Source of the DNA: Bacteriovoracia bacterium
GTDB lineage: Bacteria > Bdellovibrionota > UBA1018 > JBFWNL01
Direction of reading: 5' to 3'
NCBI GenBank assembly: GCA_050251055.1
Contig: JBFWNL010000004.1
Span: 96,001 to 160,000 of the forward strand
DNA: 64,000 nucleotides
Under the pieces are notes generated by a model. That model saw nothing but the letters and a program-made list of their open reading frames with translations, made no database searches and had not been told where the DNA came from. Of the stretch, positions 1-8,929 are shown piece after piece (positions within the stretch are counted from its first letter, which is position 1; each line of letters opens with the position of its first letter). The translations under genes and the position numbers were made by a program.

Positions 1-2
1 CT

Positions 3-368
3 CGCGTCAAGAAGACCTGGCAATATGCGCAGCTCGAAGATCTGAACACCGAGCTCGGCAACATCAATGACAGCCTCGAGATCTACGATACCTACATCGC
101 GAAAGCCAAAGCGATCGTGACCGAACACGCCGACGCCGAGTGCGCCGAGTACCTCAATCGTTATAAAGAAAACGACGCGAAGCTCGCTTTCTTCGCCCTC
201 GTCTACAACAACCTGTATTTCTCGAAGGGCTCCGAAGGCGTGCAAAACGTTTTCGCCACCCGCAACGAGCACCTGCGCATCCGCGACAACATCAAAGAAA
301 TCCTGCTGAAAAAAGGCTGCCCCGTTCCCACGAACCAAGGTCCCGCCAGCAAGATCGCCGGCAACTAA
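3..368 (+). CDS. Hypothetical protein, 3' part (truncated by window edge)
   Basis: Frame open from position 3 (RVKKTWQYAQLEDL...) to TAA at 366-368, with coding-like codon usage; stop overlaps the convergent lolA stop. Confidence 0.7.
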   Translation, partial: RVKKTWQYAQLEDLNTELGNINDSLEIYDTYIAKAKAIVTEHADAECAEYLNRYKENDAKLAFFALVYNNLYFSKGSEGVQNVFATRNEHLRIRDNIKEILLKKGCPVPTNQGPASKIAGN

Positions 369-1057
369 GGTGAAGTCACGACGCTGGTTCCGGCCGGCGG
401 CGTGAATTGGAAGGATTCGTCCTTCAAGGCGCCCCCGAGGGCTATTTTCGAGAGCTTGATCTGGGCTTTGTTTCCGCCCGCATGCTCAAGCGCCACTTCG
501 GTGATGAGCTTCGCTTGGGCGTCTACCTGCACGGTCGCGCGCACGACGGTGCCGGCGGAGCCTTTTTTCGGCACGAGCTCGAACTGACCTTCCTTGAGCT
601 GCTGGATCTTGAGGCCCTTCACCTGGGAGAACTGCCCGGCCAGGAGCGCATCGGCGAGCTTGGATTGCACCTTGCTCGCGTCCTGCACGAGCACCTGTCC
701 GTGATCGGTTTCGTCGAAGGGCGGGGTGTACTGCCACATTTTCTTGCCGTCGGTGACAAACAGGCTGGGCTCGGGGGTTTCCGTCTGCCAGCGAAAACGG
801 GACGGGCGCTTCACCATGAGCGTGCCACCGCTGTTTTTACGCGTCTGCGTCGAAGCGATCTCTTCGACCTGCTCAAAACGCGCCTCGAGCGTGCCTTTCT
901 TCGCGTAATGGGCTTCGATTTCCGCGAGGGTCTTCGGAATCGGCGTGGGCTTGACGGCCTTGGTCTTCGGCGCAGGTTCGGAGCCTGCGCGCGCGTCCGA
1001 AAGGGTGCCTAGACCCACGGACAGCGCGACCGAAAGCGCAAAAGCAAACGTACGCAT
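365..1057 (-). CDS. lolA: Outer-membrane lipoprotein carrier protein LolA
   Basis: Signal peptide; ARFEQ, GTLMVKRPSRFRWQ, FVTDGKKMWQY and C-terminal FQFTPPAG motifs typical of LolA; GAGG SD. Confidence 0.88.
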   Translation of the reverse strand: MRTFAFALSVALSVGLGTLSDARAGSEPAPKTKAVKPTPIPKTLAEIEAHYAKKGTLEARFEQVEEIASTQTRKNSGGTLMVKRPSRFRWQTETPEPSLFVTDGKKMWQYTPPFDETDHGQVLVQDASKVQSKLADALLAGQFSQVKGLKIQQLKEGQFELVPKKGSAGTVVRATVQVDAQAKLITEVALEHAGGNKAQIKLSKIALGGALKDESFQFTPPAGTSVVTSP

Positions 1058-1077
1058 AAACCTCCCGAGGGCGCAGT

Positions 1078-4000
1078 TTACGACAGCTGAATCGAGATCA
1101 TCTTGGAGACGCCCGGCTCTTCCATCGTCACCCCGTAGAGCGTGTCGTTGAGCTCCATCGTCTTCTTGTTGTGGGTGATGAGGATGAACTGGGTGTTGCC
1201 CGCCATCTCTTTCAAGAGGGCGTTGAACTTGCCAATGTTCGCGTCATCCAATGGCGCGTCGACTTCGTCCAGGATACAGAACGGCGACGGTTTCACCATG
1301 AAGATCGCGAAGATCAGCGAAACGGCGGTCAGCGCCTTTTCGCCCCCGGACAATAGCCCGATGTTCACGATCTTCTTTCCCGGCGGCTGGGCCAGGATGT
1401 CGACGCCGGCTTCCAGGATATCGGTCGAGCCTTCCGGATACACGAGCGAGAGCTCCGCGCGGCCGCCCCCGAAAATAACCGGGAACAGGCGCTCGAAGCG
1501 GTTCGCGATCGCCTCGAAGGCTTTCTTAAACCGGTCTTCCGAAGTCTTGTTGATGTGATCGATGGCTTCTTCCAGATTCTGGATGGAGGTTTCGAGGTCC
1601 ACGCGCTCGACATCGAGGTAATCGAAGCGCTTCTTGAGCTCTTCGTACTCTTCGACGGCCATGGGGTTCACTTCGCCCATGCGGCGGATCTTGTCGCGCA
1701 GCTCTTCGACTTCCTGGAAGAGCTGGGTTTCTTCCTCGGCGGTCATCTCCTGGGTGACGACCGGATCGGTCATCTCTTCTTGGATCGGCGACACGGCGGC
1801 CTGCTCGAGGCAGCCCGGGCCATATTTTTCTTCGAGGTTCTGCACCAGGTGCGAGAGCTCGCCCGACAAGCGCTCGAGATCGATGCTGAGCTCGGTCGTG
1901 CGATGCGACTTTTGATCACCCGTCTTATGGAGCTCCTTAATGCGATCCAGCGCGCTGTTTTCGCGCGCCCGGCATTGTTCGATCTTGTCCTTCATCAAAG
2001 CCAGCGCCTCGCGACGCTCGGCGACTTCAATCGTCAGCGATTCGATCTTATCGTTCACGGCGCCGTCATTACCGGCGAACTGCTCGCGCTCTTTCGAAAC
2101 GCGATCGAGCAGCTGGCTGATTTCGCGCACGCGGCTTTCGCGCTCGGCGATGTAGGAGCGGGTGACTTCCACCTCGCGCTTCACGCTGAGCGCGCGCTCG
2201 CGAAGCGAGGCGACCTTCACGCGCAGTTCCTGCAAGCGGCCTTCTTCGAGCTGAAGCGCTTCGTTTTGCTGGTCGATGCCCGAGGATTTCTCCTTGGCCA
2301 TGGCCTCCATGCGGGTCACTTCGTCCGCCAAACCCGCCAGGCGATCGGCAATGTTGACCTTTTCGCCCGCGATGGCTTCGATCTCCGAAGCCAGGCGTTG
2401 GTTTTCGCCGTCGATCGAGCGCAGCTGCGCTTCTATTTCGGAAGCCATGCGCGTGGACTGCTCCACATCACGCTCCACGGCGGCTAACTTCACTTCGAGC
2501 GACTGACGCTCCATCTGGGCCGAGCGGTTGGTTTCTTCGGCTCCCAAAAGCTCGGTGGTCACACCCTCGAGCTTCGCGGCGTACTCGGTCTCGCGATCGC
2601 TCATTTCCTGCAGCTGCTGACGCAGCTCCTGGATGATACGGCGACGCGCGAGCAGCGTCGACGAATCGGCGGCCTGCAGCGCTCCCACGCGGAGCGTGCC
2701 GTCGGCTTCGAGCACTTCCCCGGTCTGGGCGACGAGCGCCCAACCGTCGAGATCCAGCGGTTGATTCGCGGCGAGCGCGGCGCTTACCGGCTCCAGCGAT
2801 TCCACGATGAGAACCTTCGCGATCAGGGCGGATACTTGCGCGCCCACGAGCACGTTATCCGAAAGCCCTTCGGCTTTCACCCGCACGAGGTTATCGAGCG
2901 CACCTACCACGCGAAACCCATGGGCTTCCAAGCGCTGGGTGGCTTCCTGGGTGGAAACCGAAGAGCGCAGCATCGAAGCGCTGGGCGGGGCCACGCGAAT
3001 CGAAACGCGGCCGCCGCGGGTCTGCAGGTCGGAACGGCTCATTTCGCGGAGCAGTTCCACCACCGCCTGGGCGTCGTTCGTCACCAGATTTTCAATCTTA
3101 TTTTCGAGCCAGCCTTCGAGCGCTTTTTCGTGCTCGGCCGAGACTTCGAACAGATCGGCCAAAAGCTGGAAGTGCGCGGCGCGACCGTTTTGCTTCGCCC
3201 ACTCCAGCGCGTGCTTGGGACCATCGGTCAAGCCTTCATAGTTGGCGACGAGTTCTTCCAAGCTCTGCAGCTTGGATTCGGCGCGCGTCAGCTTTTCGTG
3301 ATTTTCATCGCGTGCGGCTTCGAGCTCCGCGGTCTGAGCCTTTAGGCGCTGCATCTCGCCTAAAGATTCTTCAAACTGACGGGAAACTTCGTAGCGTCGC
3401 TCGCTGAGCTCGCCCTTGAGCGCCGATTGCTGCTCGAGGTGCGATTGGGCGTCGTTCAAGCGCTGGTCGGTCTGGGTCTTTTGCTCGCGCACCCGGACGA
3501 TCTGCTGCTCGCAGACTTCATTCTTGGCGTCGAGCCCCGCTTGCTTCGACTTTAGCTCGGCCGACTGGTTCATCGAGCTCATCAGCTGCACGCGGATCGC
3601 TTCGAGCTCCTTCCGGACGCTGTCATTCGCCGTGCGAATCTGCGCCAGGCGGGAGTCGAGCTCCGACATCTCGCTCGTGGCGGAAGCGAGCTCCGCTTCA
3701 CCGGCGACCAGCGCTTCTTCGCGCGCGGCGATCTGTCCGCGATCGGTTTCCACCGAACGTTCCAGCTCCGCCTTCTCCGTGGTCAACGACTGAATCTGCG
3801 CGGCCAGATCGTCCTGGCGGCGCCGCGAGAGCTCGAGCGTGGTCTGCTCTTGCGTGAGCTCGCCCGCGACTTTCTGGATGAACGTCTGGAGGTCTTCCGC
3901 TTGTTTCGTGTCGGTGAGCAGGGAAGCGCGATCGGCTTCGAGCTGCGTTTCCGCCGTCTGCAGTTCCGTGCGGAGCGAGAAAATCTCTTCTTCAAGCTGC

Positions 4001-4788
4001 TGGCGCTCGAGCTTCACCGCTTCGATCTGCTGGGCGAAGATCTTCTTCTTGCGGCGGCCCCAGGTCATTTCCTTATCGAGCAATTCTTTCTTATGCTCGT
4101 TGTAACGGCGGGCCTTGGAGGCCTGGCGCTCAAGGGAGCCCAAGTTGCGATCGATTTCGGAAAGCACGTCTTTCAAGCGCGACAGGTTCGCTTGCGCGGC
4201 TTCCATCTTACGAAGCGATTCTTTCTTGCGCGCTTTGTACTTCGCGATCCCGGCGGCTTCTTCCACCAGGCGGCGACGCTCCTCGGGCTTCGCGTTGACG
4301 ATGCGGCCGATCTGTCCCTGTTCGATGACGGAGTAGCCCTTGGCGCCGACCCCGGTATCCATGAACAGTTCTTGAATGTCTTTGAGGCGCGCGGTCACGC
4401 CATTGATGAGGTATTCGCCTTCGCCGCCGCGGTACACGCGACGGGTGACGGAAATTTCTTTGGAACGCAGATGCAACGGGATGTCTTGCGTGGTCGCGCC
4501 GGCGGGCGCGGTTTCGGTATCGACGTAGTCGGTTTCGAGCACCATCGTCGCTTCGGCCACGCCGAGCGGGGTGTATTTCGAGCTGCCGTTGAAGATCAGG
4601 TCATCGCTACCGCTGCCGCGGATATGCTTGTAGGACTGCTCCCCCATCACCCAGAAGAAGGCGTCGACGATGTTGGATTTACCGCAACCGTTCGGACCCA
4701 CGATCCCCGTGATCGCCTGATCGAAGTGAATAACGGTCTTGTCTTTGAACGATTTGAAGCCCTGAATCTCGAGGCGTTTTACGCGCAT
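1078..4788 (-). CDS. smc: Chromosome segregation protein SMC
   Basis: GFKSF start, Walker A GPNGCGKS, coiled coils and hinge, LSGGE signature, Walker B DEVDAPLD; start set at MRVKRLE (ATG 4788). Confidence 0.97.
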   Translation of the reverse strand: MRVKRLEIQGFKSFKDKTVIHFDQAITGIVGPNGCGKSNIVDAFFWVMGEQSYKHIRGSGSDDLIFNGSSKYTPLGVAEATMVLETDYVDTETAPAGATTQDIPLHLRSKEISVTRRVYRGGEGEYLINGVTARLKDIQELFMDTGVGAKGYSVIEQGQIGRIVNAKPEERRRLVEEAAGIAKYKARKKESLRKMEAAQANLSRLKDVLSEIDRNLGSLERQASKARRYNEHKKELLDKEMTWGRRKKKIFAQQIEAVKLERQQLEEEIFSLRTELQTAETQLEADRASLLTDTKQAEDLQTFIQKVAGELTQEQTTLELSRRRQDDLAAQIQSLTTEKAELERSVETDRGQIAAREEALVAGEAELASATSEMSELDSRLAQIRTANDSVRKELEAIRVQLMSSMNQSAELKSKQAGLDAKNEVCEQQIVRVREQKTQTDQRLNDAQSHLEQQSALKGELSERRYEVSRQFEESLGEMQRLKAQTAELEAARDENHEKLTRAESKLQSLEELVANYEGLTDGPKHALEWAKQNGRAAHFQLLADLFEVSAEHEKALEGWLENKIENLVTNDAQAVVELLREMSRSDLQTRGGRVSIRVAPPSASMLRSSVSTQEATQRLEAHGFRVVGALDNLVRVKAEGLSDNVLVGAQVSALIAKVLIVESLEPVSAALAANQPLDLDGWALVAQTGEVLEADGTLRVGALQAADSSTLLARRRIIQELRQQLQEMSDRETEYAAKLEGVTTELLGAEETNRSAQMERQSLEVKLAAVERDVEQSTRMASEIEAQLRSIDGENQRLASEIEAIAGEKVNIADRLAGLADEVTRMEAMAKEKSSGIDQQNEALQLEEGRLQELRVKVASLRERALSVKREVEVTRSYIAERESRVREISQLLDRVSKEREQFAGNDGAVNDKIESLTIEVAERREALALMKDKIEQCRARENSALDRIKELHKTGDQKSHRTTELSIDLERLSGELSHLVQNLEEKYGPGCLEQAAVSPIQEEMTDPVVTQEMTAEEETQLFQEVEELRDKIRRMGEVNPMAVEEYEELKKRFDYLDVERVDLETSIQNLEEAIDHINKTSEDRFKKAFEAIANRFERLFPVIFGGGRAELSLVYPEGSTDILEAGVDILAQPPGKKIVNIGLLSGGEKALTAVSLIFAIFMVKPSPFCILDEVDAPLDDANIGKFNALLKEMAGNTQFILITHNKKTMELNDTLYGVTMEEPGVSKMISIQLS

Positions 4789-4948
4789 TGCTCTCTCTAC
4801 CACCTTAAGTAAGAAGATAAGGATTGAACCCGGGCGGCCTACATCCAGTAGAATCCCGAGCGTCAGCGTGTAGTATCATCCACAAGCGGACTCAAAAAGG
4901 CAAGTATGCTCAATTATTTGACGCTGTTTCTGAGGTGGGAAAGGGGGC

Positions 4949-4979
4949 AAAAAAAAAGCCCGACCTAAAGGCCGGGCTT
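4949..4979 (-). terminator. Rho-independent terminator
   Basis: Minus strand AAGCCCGGCC-TTTA-GGTCGGGCTT running into a 9-U tract; the single G-U pair works only on the minus strand. Confidence 0.85.
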
Positions 4980-5134
4980 AAAAAAAACGGATCTCCTCCA
5001 TTCTTTAAAATCCATTCAATTCCCCGCGCTTGACGCAGGGAGCATCTCCTTCGCTTGCTGCCGCTGTCACCTCTGGCCAGAGGCTTACCCGGCAGTCCGC
5101 AGGCGTCGTGGAATTCGTCACGACTTAGCCCGCG

Positions 5135-5224
5135 CTACATTAAGCGTGGAGGTCCAGTCTCGTGTAATTCCTTAATTTTTCTACGCGCTTCGAGCACGCA
5201 GTCTGAGGTGTGATTACCTAGCAT
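5135..5224 (-). CDS. Putative 29-aa small protein/leader peptide MLGNHTSDCVLEARRKIKELHETGPPRLM
   Basis: ATG at 5224 with perfect SD GGAGGT (5237-5232) 7 nt upstream, TAG at 5137-5135; shorter than any ORF in the track. Confidence 0.4.
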   Translation of the reverse strand: MLGNHTSDCVLEARRKIKELHETGPPRLM

Positions 5225-5317
5225 GCAACGTACCTCCGTATCGTCTACGTCTATCTACCAGCCTACGCCTCACAGAAAACCGCACAATGTGTCGAATCCG
5301 CCTTTTGAAAAAATATA

Positions 5318-5330
5318 TAACTAGTTGATT
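5318..5330 (-). promoter_or_regulatory. IHF-like binding site in AT-rich divergent promoter region
   Basis: Minus strand AATCAACTAGTTA matches WATCAANNNNTTR; TATAAT at 5414-5419 on plus for the next gene. Confidence 0.4.
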
Positions 5331-5430
5331 TCATTTAATTTTTTTTAAAGAAAATTTTATAAACTAATTAACTTTACTAAAGTTAGGCTTTGCCGAATTG
5401 ATTTTCCTTTGATTATAATGACTTACGCTA

Positions 5431-6552
5431 ATGCAACCGGACGTCTCGATAAAAAAAGGTCAGATCCTTATATATAGAGTTTTCGACGTGGCCGAGGAAA
5501 TCGACCTCCAACACGCCGAAGGAATCGTTCGCCACCGCGTTGGGGATTCCCGCGTACGCATTTCCCGTCGGGGTCCCGAGGCCATCATCATCCGCAACGC
5601 ACCGATCCGCATTCAACTCGGGGATCTGGAGCTGACGCTGGCGGGGCAAAAACACCGCGCGGAGGTCATCGCGACGATTTGGGACTACGGCGCCGTATCG
5701 ATCTGTTTCCAAGTGCCGATCGGCGACTTCCCATCCGCCGGCTTGGCGCCCGTCGCCGCGGATATCACGTCGAACCCCCAACGCATGAACCAGCTCGACG
5801 AGTTGGCGCGCACGAAATCACGCGAGCTCGTCGCGCTGCTACTCCCGGCGCTTAAGAAACCCAACGAGAGCAATATCTTCGAGGACTACGTCATTTATTT
5901 CTTTGAGAAAGTCGACGGCATCGCCACCGCCGCGGAGATCGCGCAGAAGGTGGATTTGCCCGTCTTGATTTTAGGCGAGACGCAGGAGCCCCTCGCGCCG
6001 GAAACACGCGCCTCGATCCTGGAAAACATTTACCAGTATTCTACGAACGACTTCGTGCTGATCGACTGGAACAGCGCCGTCATCGTGGAGCCCAATGGAC
6101 AGCGAGACACCGTGGACGTGCTCGAGTTCGCGCTCACGCACCTGCTAGAGGTACGTTATTACGATGGCCTTCTGGATCAGCGCATGACCCAGATCTACGA
6201 TTCAATCGAGGCCAGCCGCCGAAAAACCTGGAACCGAAAATTTGATCGCCTATCCAAGGATGCGAATATTCTTTATGTCGAGTTCTCCGAGTTCATGGAA
6301 CGAATCGACAACTCGTTCAAAGTGGTGGGCGACTTTTATCTGGCGCGGCTCTTCCGCGGCGCCGTCCGCCGCTTCCGCATTCCCGACTGGCAGCAGAACA
6401 TCACGCGTAAATTGAACCTGCTTGCGCGCGTCTCTGACCTTTTGATGGGAGAGGTAAACGTGCGGCGTAGCCACTACCTCGAAGCCATCATCATCTTTCT
6501 CATCTTGTTCGAGATTCTCTCGGCGATGTTTAAGTCAGGTGGAGGCCACTAG
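5431..6552 (+). CDS. RMD1/DUF155-like membrane protein
   Basis: 373 aa; N-terminal YRVFDVAEEIDL and C-terminal LEAIIIFLILFEI TM segment characteristic of RMD1/CorA-like folds. Confidence 0.7.
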   Translation: MQPDVSIKKGQILIYRVFDVAEEIDLQHAEGIVRHRVGDSRVRISRRGPEAIIIRNAPIRIQLGDLELTLAGQKHRAEVIATIWDYGAVSICFQVPIGDFPSAGLAPVAADITSNPQRMNQLDELARTKSRELVALLLPALKKPNESNIFEDYVIYFFEKVDGIATAAEIAQKVDLPVLILGETQEPLAPETRASILENIYQYSTNDFVLIDWNSAVIVEPNGQRDTVDVLEFALTHLLEVRYYDGLLDQRMTQIYDSIEASRRKTWNRKFDRLSKDANILYVEFSEFMERIDNSFKVVGDFYLARLFRGAVRRFRIPDWQQNITRKLNLLARVSDLLMGEVNVRRSHYLEAIIIFLILFEILSAMFKSGGGH

Positions 6553-6640
6553 GCCTTCACCGATCCCTTCTCACTTAGCATCACTTTGTTTTGCTTAGAT
6601 TAATTCGACTTAAAACGATAATATCTGACTAAATTTATGT

Positions 6641-6655
6641 AGTACAAAATGTACT
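6641..6655. promoter_or_regulatory. Palindromic candidate operator AGTACA-AAA-TGTACT
   Basis: Perfect 6-bp arms in the AT-rich region 45 nt upstream of the 6701 start. Confidence 0.35.
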
Positions 6656-6700
6656 CAAATAGTAGGTTTTTGGCGTTTCAACTAACTAAAGGAGTCTCTA

Positions 6701-7219
6701 ATGAAACCCAAGAACCGTCTCTTTCAAGTGCTCGCGCTCATGCTGTCCGTGACGCAAGCGACCCTGGGCGTAACCGCCCACGCCGAAACCGTGAAGACCG
6801 CGGCGGATGCGCCGTCGAAAACGCTCACTCAGCGCGATAAGCAGCGCAAGGTCCTCGTTCAAGTTCGGAATCAAATGTCCGGCATGAACGAAGCCCAGTG
6901 GACCAAGACTTTCACCCAGGCCGCCGAGCAAGCCGAGAAGGCTGGCCAAACGAAGAAGGCCCGCTTCTTCAACAAAATCTCCAATCCGAAGTACCAACCG
7001 ATGGTGATCGAGCACATCGACGGCATCGTCGCCAATGACTCGACGAATGTTGCTGCCCTAGTGTTGACGACGATTGGTATCGCGGCCCTATTGGTCCCCA
7101 CGACTGAAGACATCGATCACATGTACCCCCGCCGGGCCGCAGTATTCGTCGTGTCGTTCACCGCTGCTTTGATCTGCCTCGCCTTCTCCCTGACCGGGGA
7201 AGAGGCCGAGTTGATTTAA
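6701..7219 (+). CDS. Exported/membrane hypothetical protein, paralog 1
   Basis: AAGGAG SD, signal peptide (AHA), helical domain, two hydrophobic segments, ends GEEAELI; clearly homologous to the next ORF. Confidence 0.8.
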   Translation: MKPKNRLFQVLALMLSVTQATLGVTAHAETVKTAADAPSKTLTQRDKQRKVLVQVRNQMSGMNEAQWTKTFTQAAEQAEKAGQTKKARFFNKISNPKYQPMVIEHIDGIVANDSTNVAALVLTTIGIAALLVPTTEDIDHMYPRRAAVFVVSFTAALICLAFSLTGEEAELI

Positions 7220-7247
7220 ACACCGGTCAATCCCCAAGGAGTAAAAA

Positions 7248-7805
7248 ATGAAAACCAATAAAATGATATCCCCATCCCTGGCCGCAATCCTGGCCTTCAC
7301 GCAGATCGGCATTACGACGCCGATTTCTTATGCCGGAGCCGGCACGGAAAAAAGCCCGCAGGAAGTATTAAGCCAGCGGGATAAAAACCGCGAGGCTCTC
7401 GTGCGGGTGCGCAACCAACTCTCGGCCCTCGACTCGACCGAATGGACCAAAGCTTTTAGCCAGGCTTCGGAACTAGAGGACCAAGCTGGGAATGCAAAAA
7501 AATCCCGCGTACTCAAAAAACTCTCGAATCCGAAGTACCAATCGGTGGTGGTCGAGAATCTGGACAAGCTCGCAGCCGACGACTCCACGAACGTAGCGGC
7601 GGCGGTGCTAGGAATCGCCTCGTTTTTAACCTTCGCTAGCTCGGGCTATTTCCACATGGAATCGGAACGAGCCTACTACGAATCTGACCGGATAAATCAC
7701 CGAAAAATCCGGGACAACCTCATCTACACGTCGCTGATCATCGGTGTGCTGGCCGTCATTTCCTTGGGCATCTCTCTCGAAGGCGAAGACGCGGAACTGA
7801 TCTAA
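7248..7805 (+). CDS. Exported/membrane hypothetical protein, paralog 2
   Basis: AAGGAG SD, signal peptide; shares QRDK..VRNQ, WTK.F.QA, SNPKYQ, DSTNVAA and GE[D/E]AELI with paralog 1. Confidence 0.8.
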   Translation: MKTNKMISPSLAAILAFTQIGITTPISYAGAGTEKSPQEVLSQRDKNREALVRVRNQLSALDSTEWTKAFSQASELEDQAGNAKKSRVLKKLSNPKYQSVVVENLDKLAADDSTNVAAAVLGIASFLTFASSGYFHMESERAYYESDRINHRKIRDNLIYTSLIIGVLAVISLGISLEGEDAELI

Positions 7806-7820
7806 CTCTCGATCCACCTA

Positions 7821-7862
7821 TCCACCCGGACGAAAGCGCCGTCCCCCTTTCGTTCGGGTGGA
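7821..7862 (+). other. Intercistronic 16-bp stem-loop (no U-tract)
   Basis: TCCACCCGGACGAAAG pairs with CTTTCGTTCGGGTGGA (one G-U). Confidence 0.55.
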
Positions 7863-7879
7863 ATACCTAGAGGAAAACC

Positions 7880-8929
7880 ATGAAGCACCCCTATTTGTTT
7901 TTTTTATTTCTCAGTCTACTTGGCGGGACGGCCGGCGGATCGGAACCGGCGATTCACATTCACCTAGGCTCCCTGCGTGAAAACAAAATCCAACTCCGAC
8001 AAGAAGAATTCCTGGATCCCCTGCCCACGAGCATCACCACTGAAAAGGGTGACGTCGTGCAGGTAATCGTGCACGTGAAACCTACCGCGGACGACGTGAT
8101 CTCGACGCTTCAGGACCCCAACACTTTAGGCTGGATGTGGGCGGGGGAGTCCGCACTCGATATTCCGGCCCCGGCAGCGGGCGAAAAGGCGCGCATTCGG
8201 AATAGTTTTTTGCAAACCGTGAGCGGTCGCTACCTTCCGGCGAGCCTCTTTTCGGCCACGCACCCGGGCGAAATCGCTATCGGCATATCCACGTGCCATA
8301 ACTCCGCGCTCGCAAAAAAATACGCCCCGGCGTTACCCGTGGGCCTCGCGCTCCTGCAGCCCCAGGCGCTGGCGTTTGAATCCGAAGCGATCGAATCCGC
8401 GGCCATCTTATCTTTTGACGACATTTTCGAGGCCCCCCGCGAGGTCTTCGACCAGATCTCCGCCCAGGTGGTGAAAATGCCGCGGCCAGTTCCTGCGATG
8501 ACCGGGCCAAAAACCACCGTCCAAATCGAGTACCGCAATCAAAACTCGAATCGATTCGACTATGAAGTTCTGCTCGACGGAAAGCTCATTGGCGTGCTCG
8601 AGAAGACCGTCGACTCCGAAGGACTTACCGTCAATAAAAACATCAAGGAGTTCCAGATCGACACCCCCGCCCCAGGCCAGAGCGCCGTCTTGACGATCCG
8701 TCCGGACGAATGGAAGCGCGCGGGCGTGGAAGGAAACCTCCGCACCGTGACCCCGCTCTTAGTGGACAGCGTAAAGATCGCGGGCCAAGAACGGCTTTCC
8801 CAAGTCATTCATCTGGGCGACGAAAGCCCCGACCCAAAACTACCCACGGCACGAAACCTGTCGCCAAATCAACCGGAAATCCGCCGCCTCCCGGTGCAGG
8901 CGGAACTTCGCGTGGAGTGGAAGCCATGA
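7880..8929 (+). CDS. Secreted hypothetical protein
   Basis: GAGGA SD, signal peptide, beta-rich 349 aa; TGA overlaps the next ATG (ATGA). Confidence 0.75.
   Translation: MKHPYLFFLFLSLLGGTAGGSEPAIHIHLGSLRENKIQLRQEEFLDPLPTSITTEKGDVVQVIVHVKPTADDVISTLQDPNTLGWMWAGESALDIPAPAAGEKARIRNSFLQTVSGRYLPASLFSATHPGEIAIGISTCHNSALAKKYAPALPVGLALLQPQALAFESEAIESAAILSFDDIFEAPREVFDQISAQVVKMPRPVPAMTGPKTTVQIEYRNQNSNRFDYEVLLDGKLIGVLEKTVDSEGLTVNKNIKEFQIDTPAPGQSAVLTIRPDEWKRAGVEGNLRTVTPLLVDSVKIAGQERLSQVIHLGDESPDPKLPTARNLSPNQPEIRRLPVQAELRVEWKP

Larger units (their letters stand above)
4949..5280 (-). ncRNA. Candidate structured RNA / long leader upstream of smc (5' end approximate)
   Basis: Consecutive hairpins (5181-5201, 5105-5124, 5058-5095, 5021-5041), several with G-U pairs valid only on the minus strand, ending in the terminator; no recognisable Rfam family. 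Confidence 0.5.

Noticed and set aside
4876-4884. Single one-mismatch DnaA boxes upstream of smc (and at 14084-14092 upstream of glyQS)
   Set aside because: Isolated one-mismatch 9-mers are expected by chance; not supportable without conservation data.
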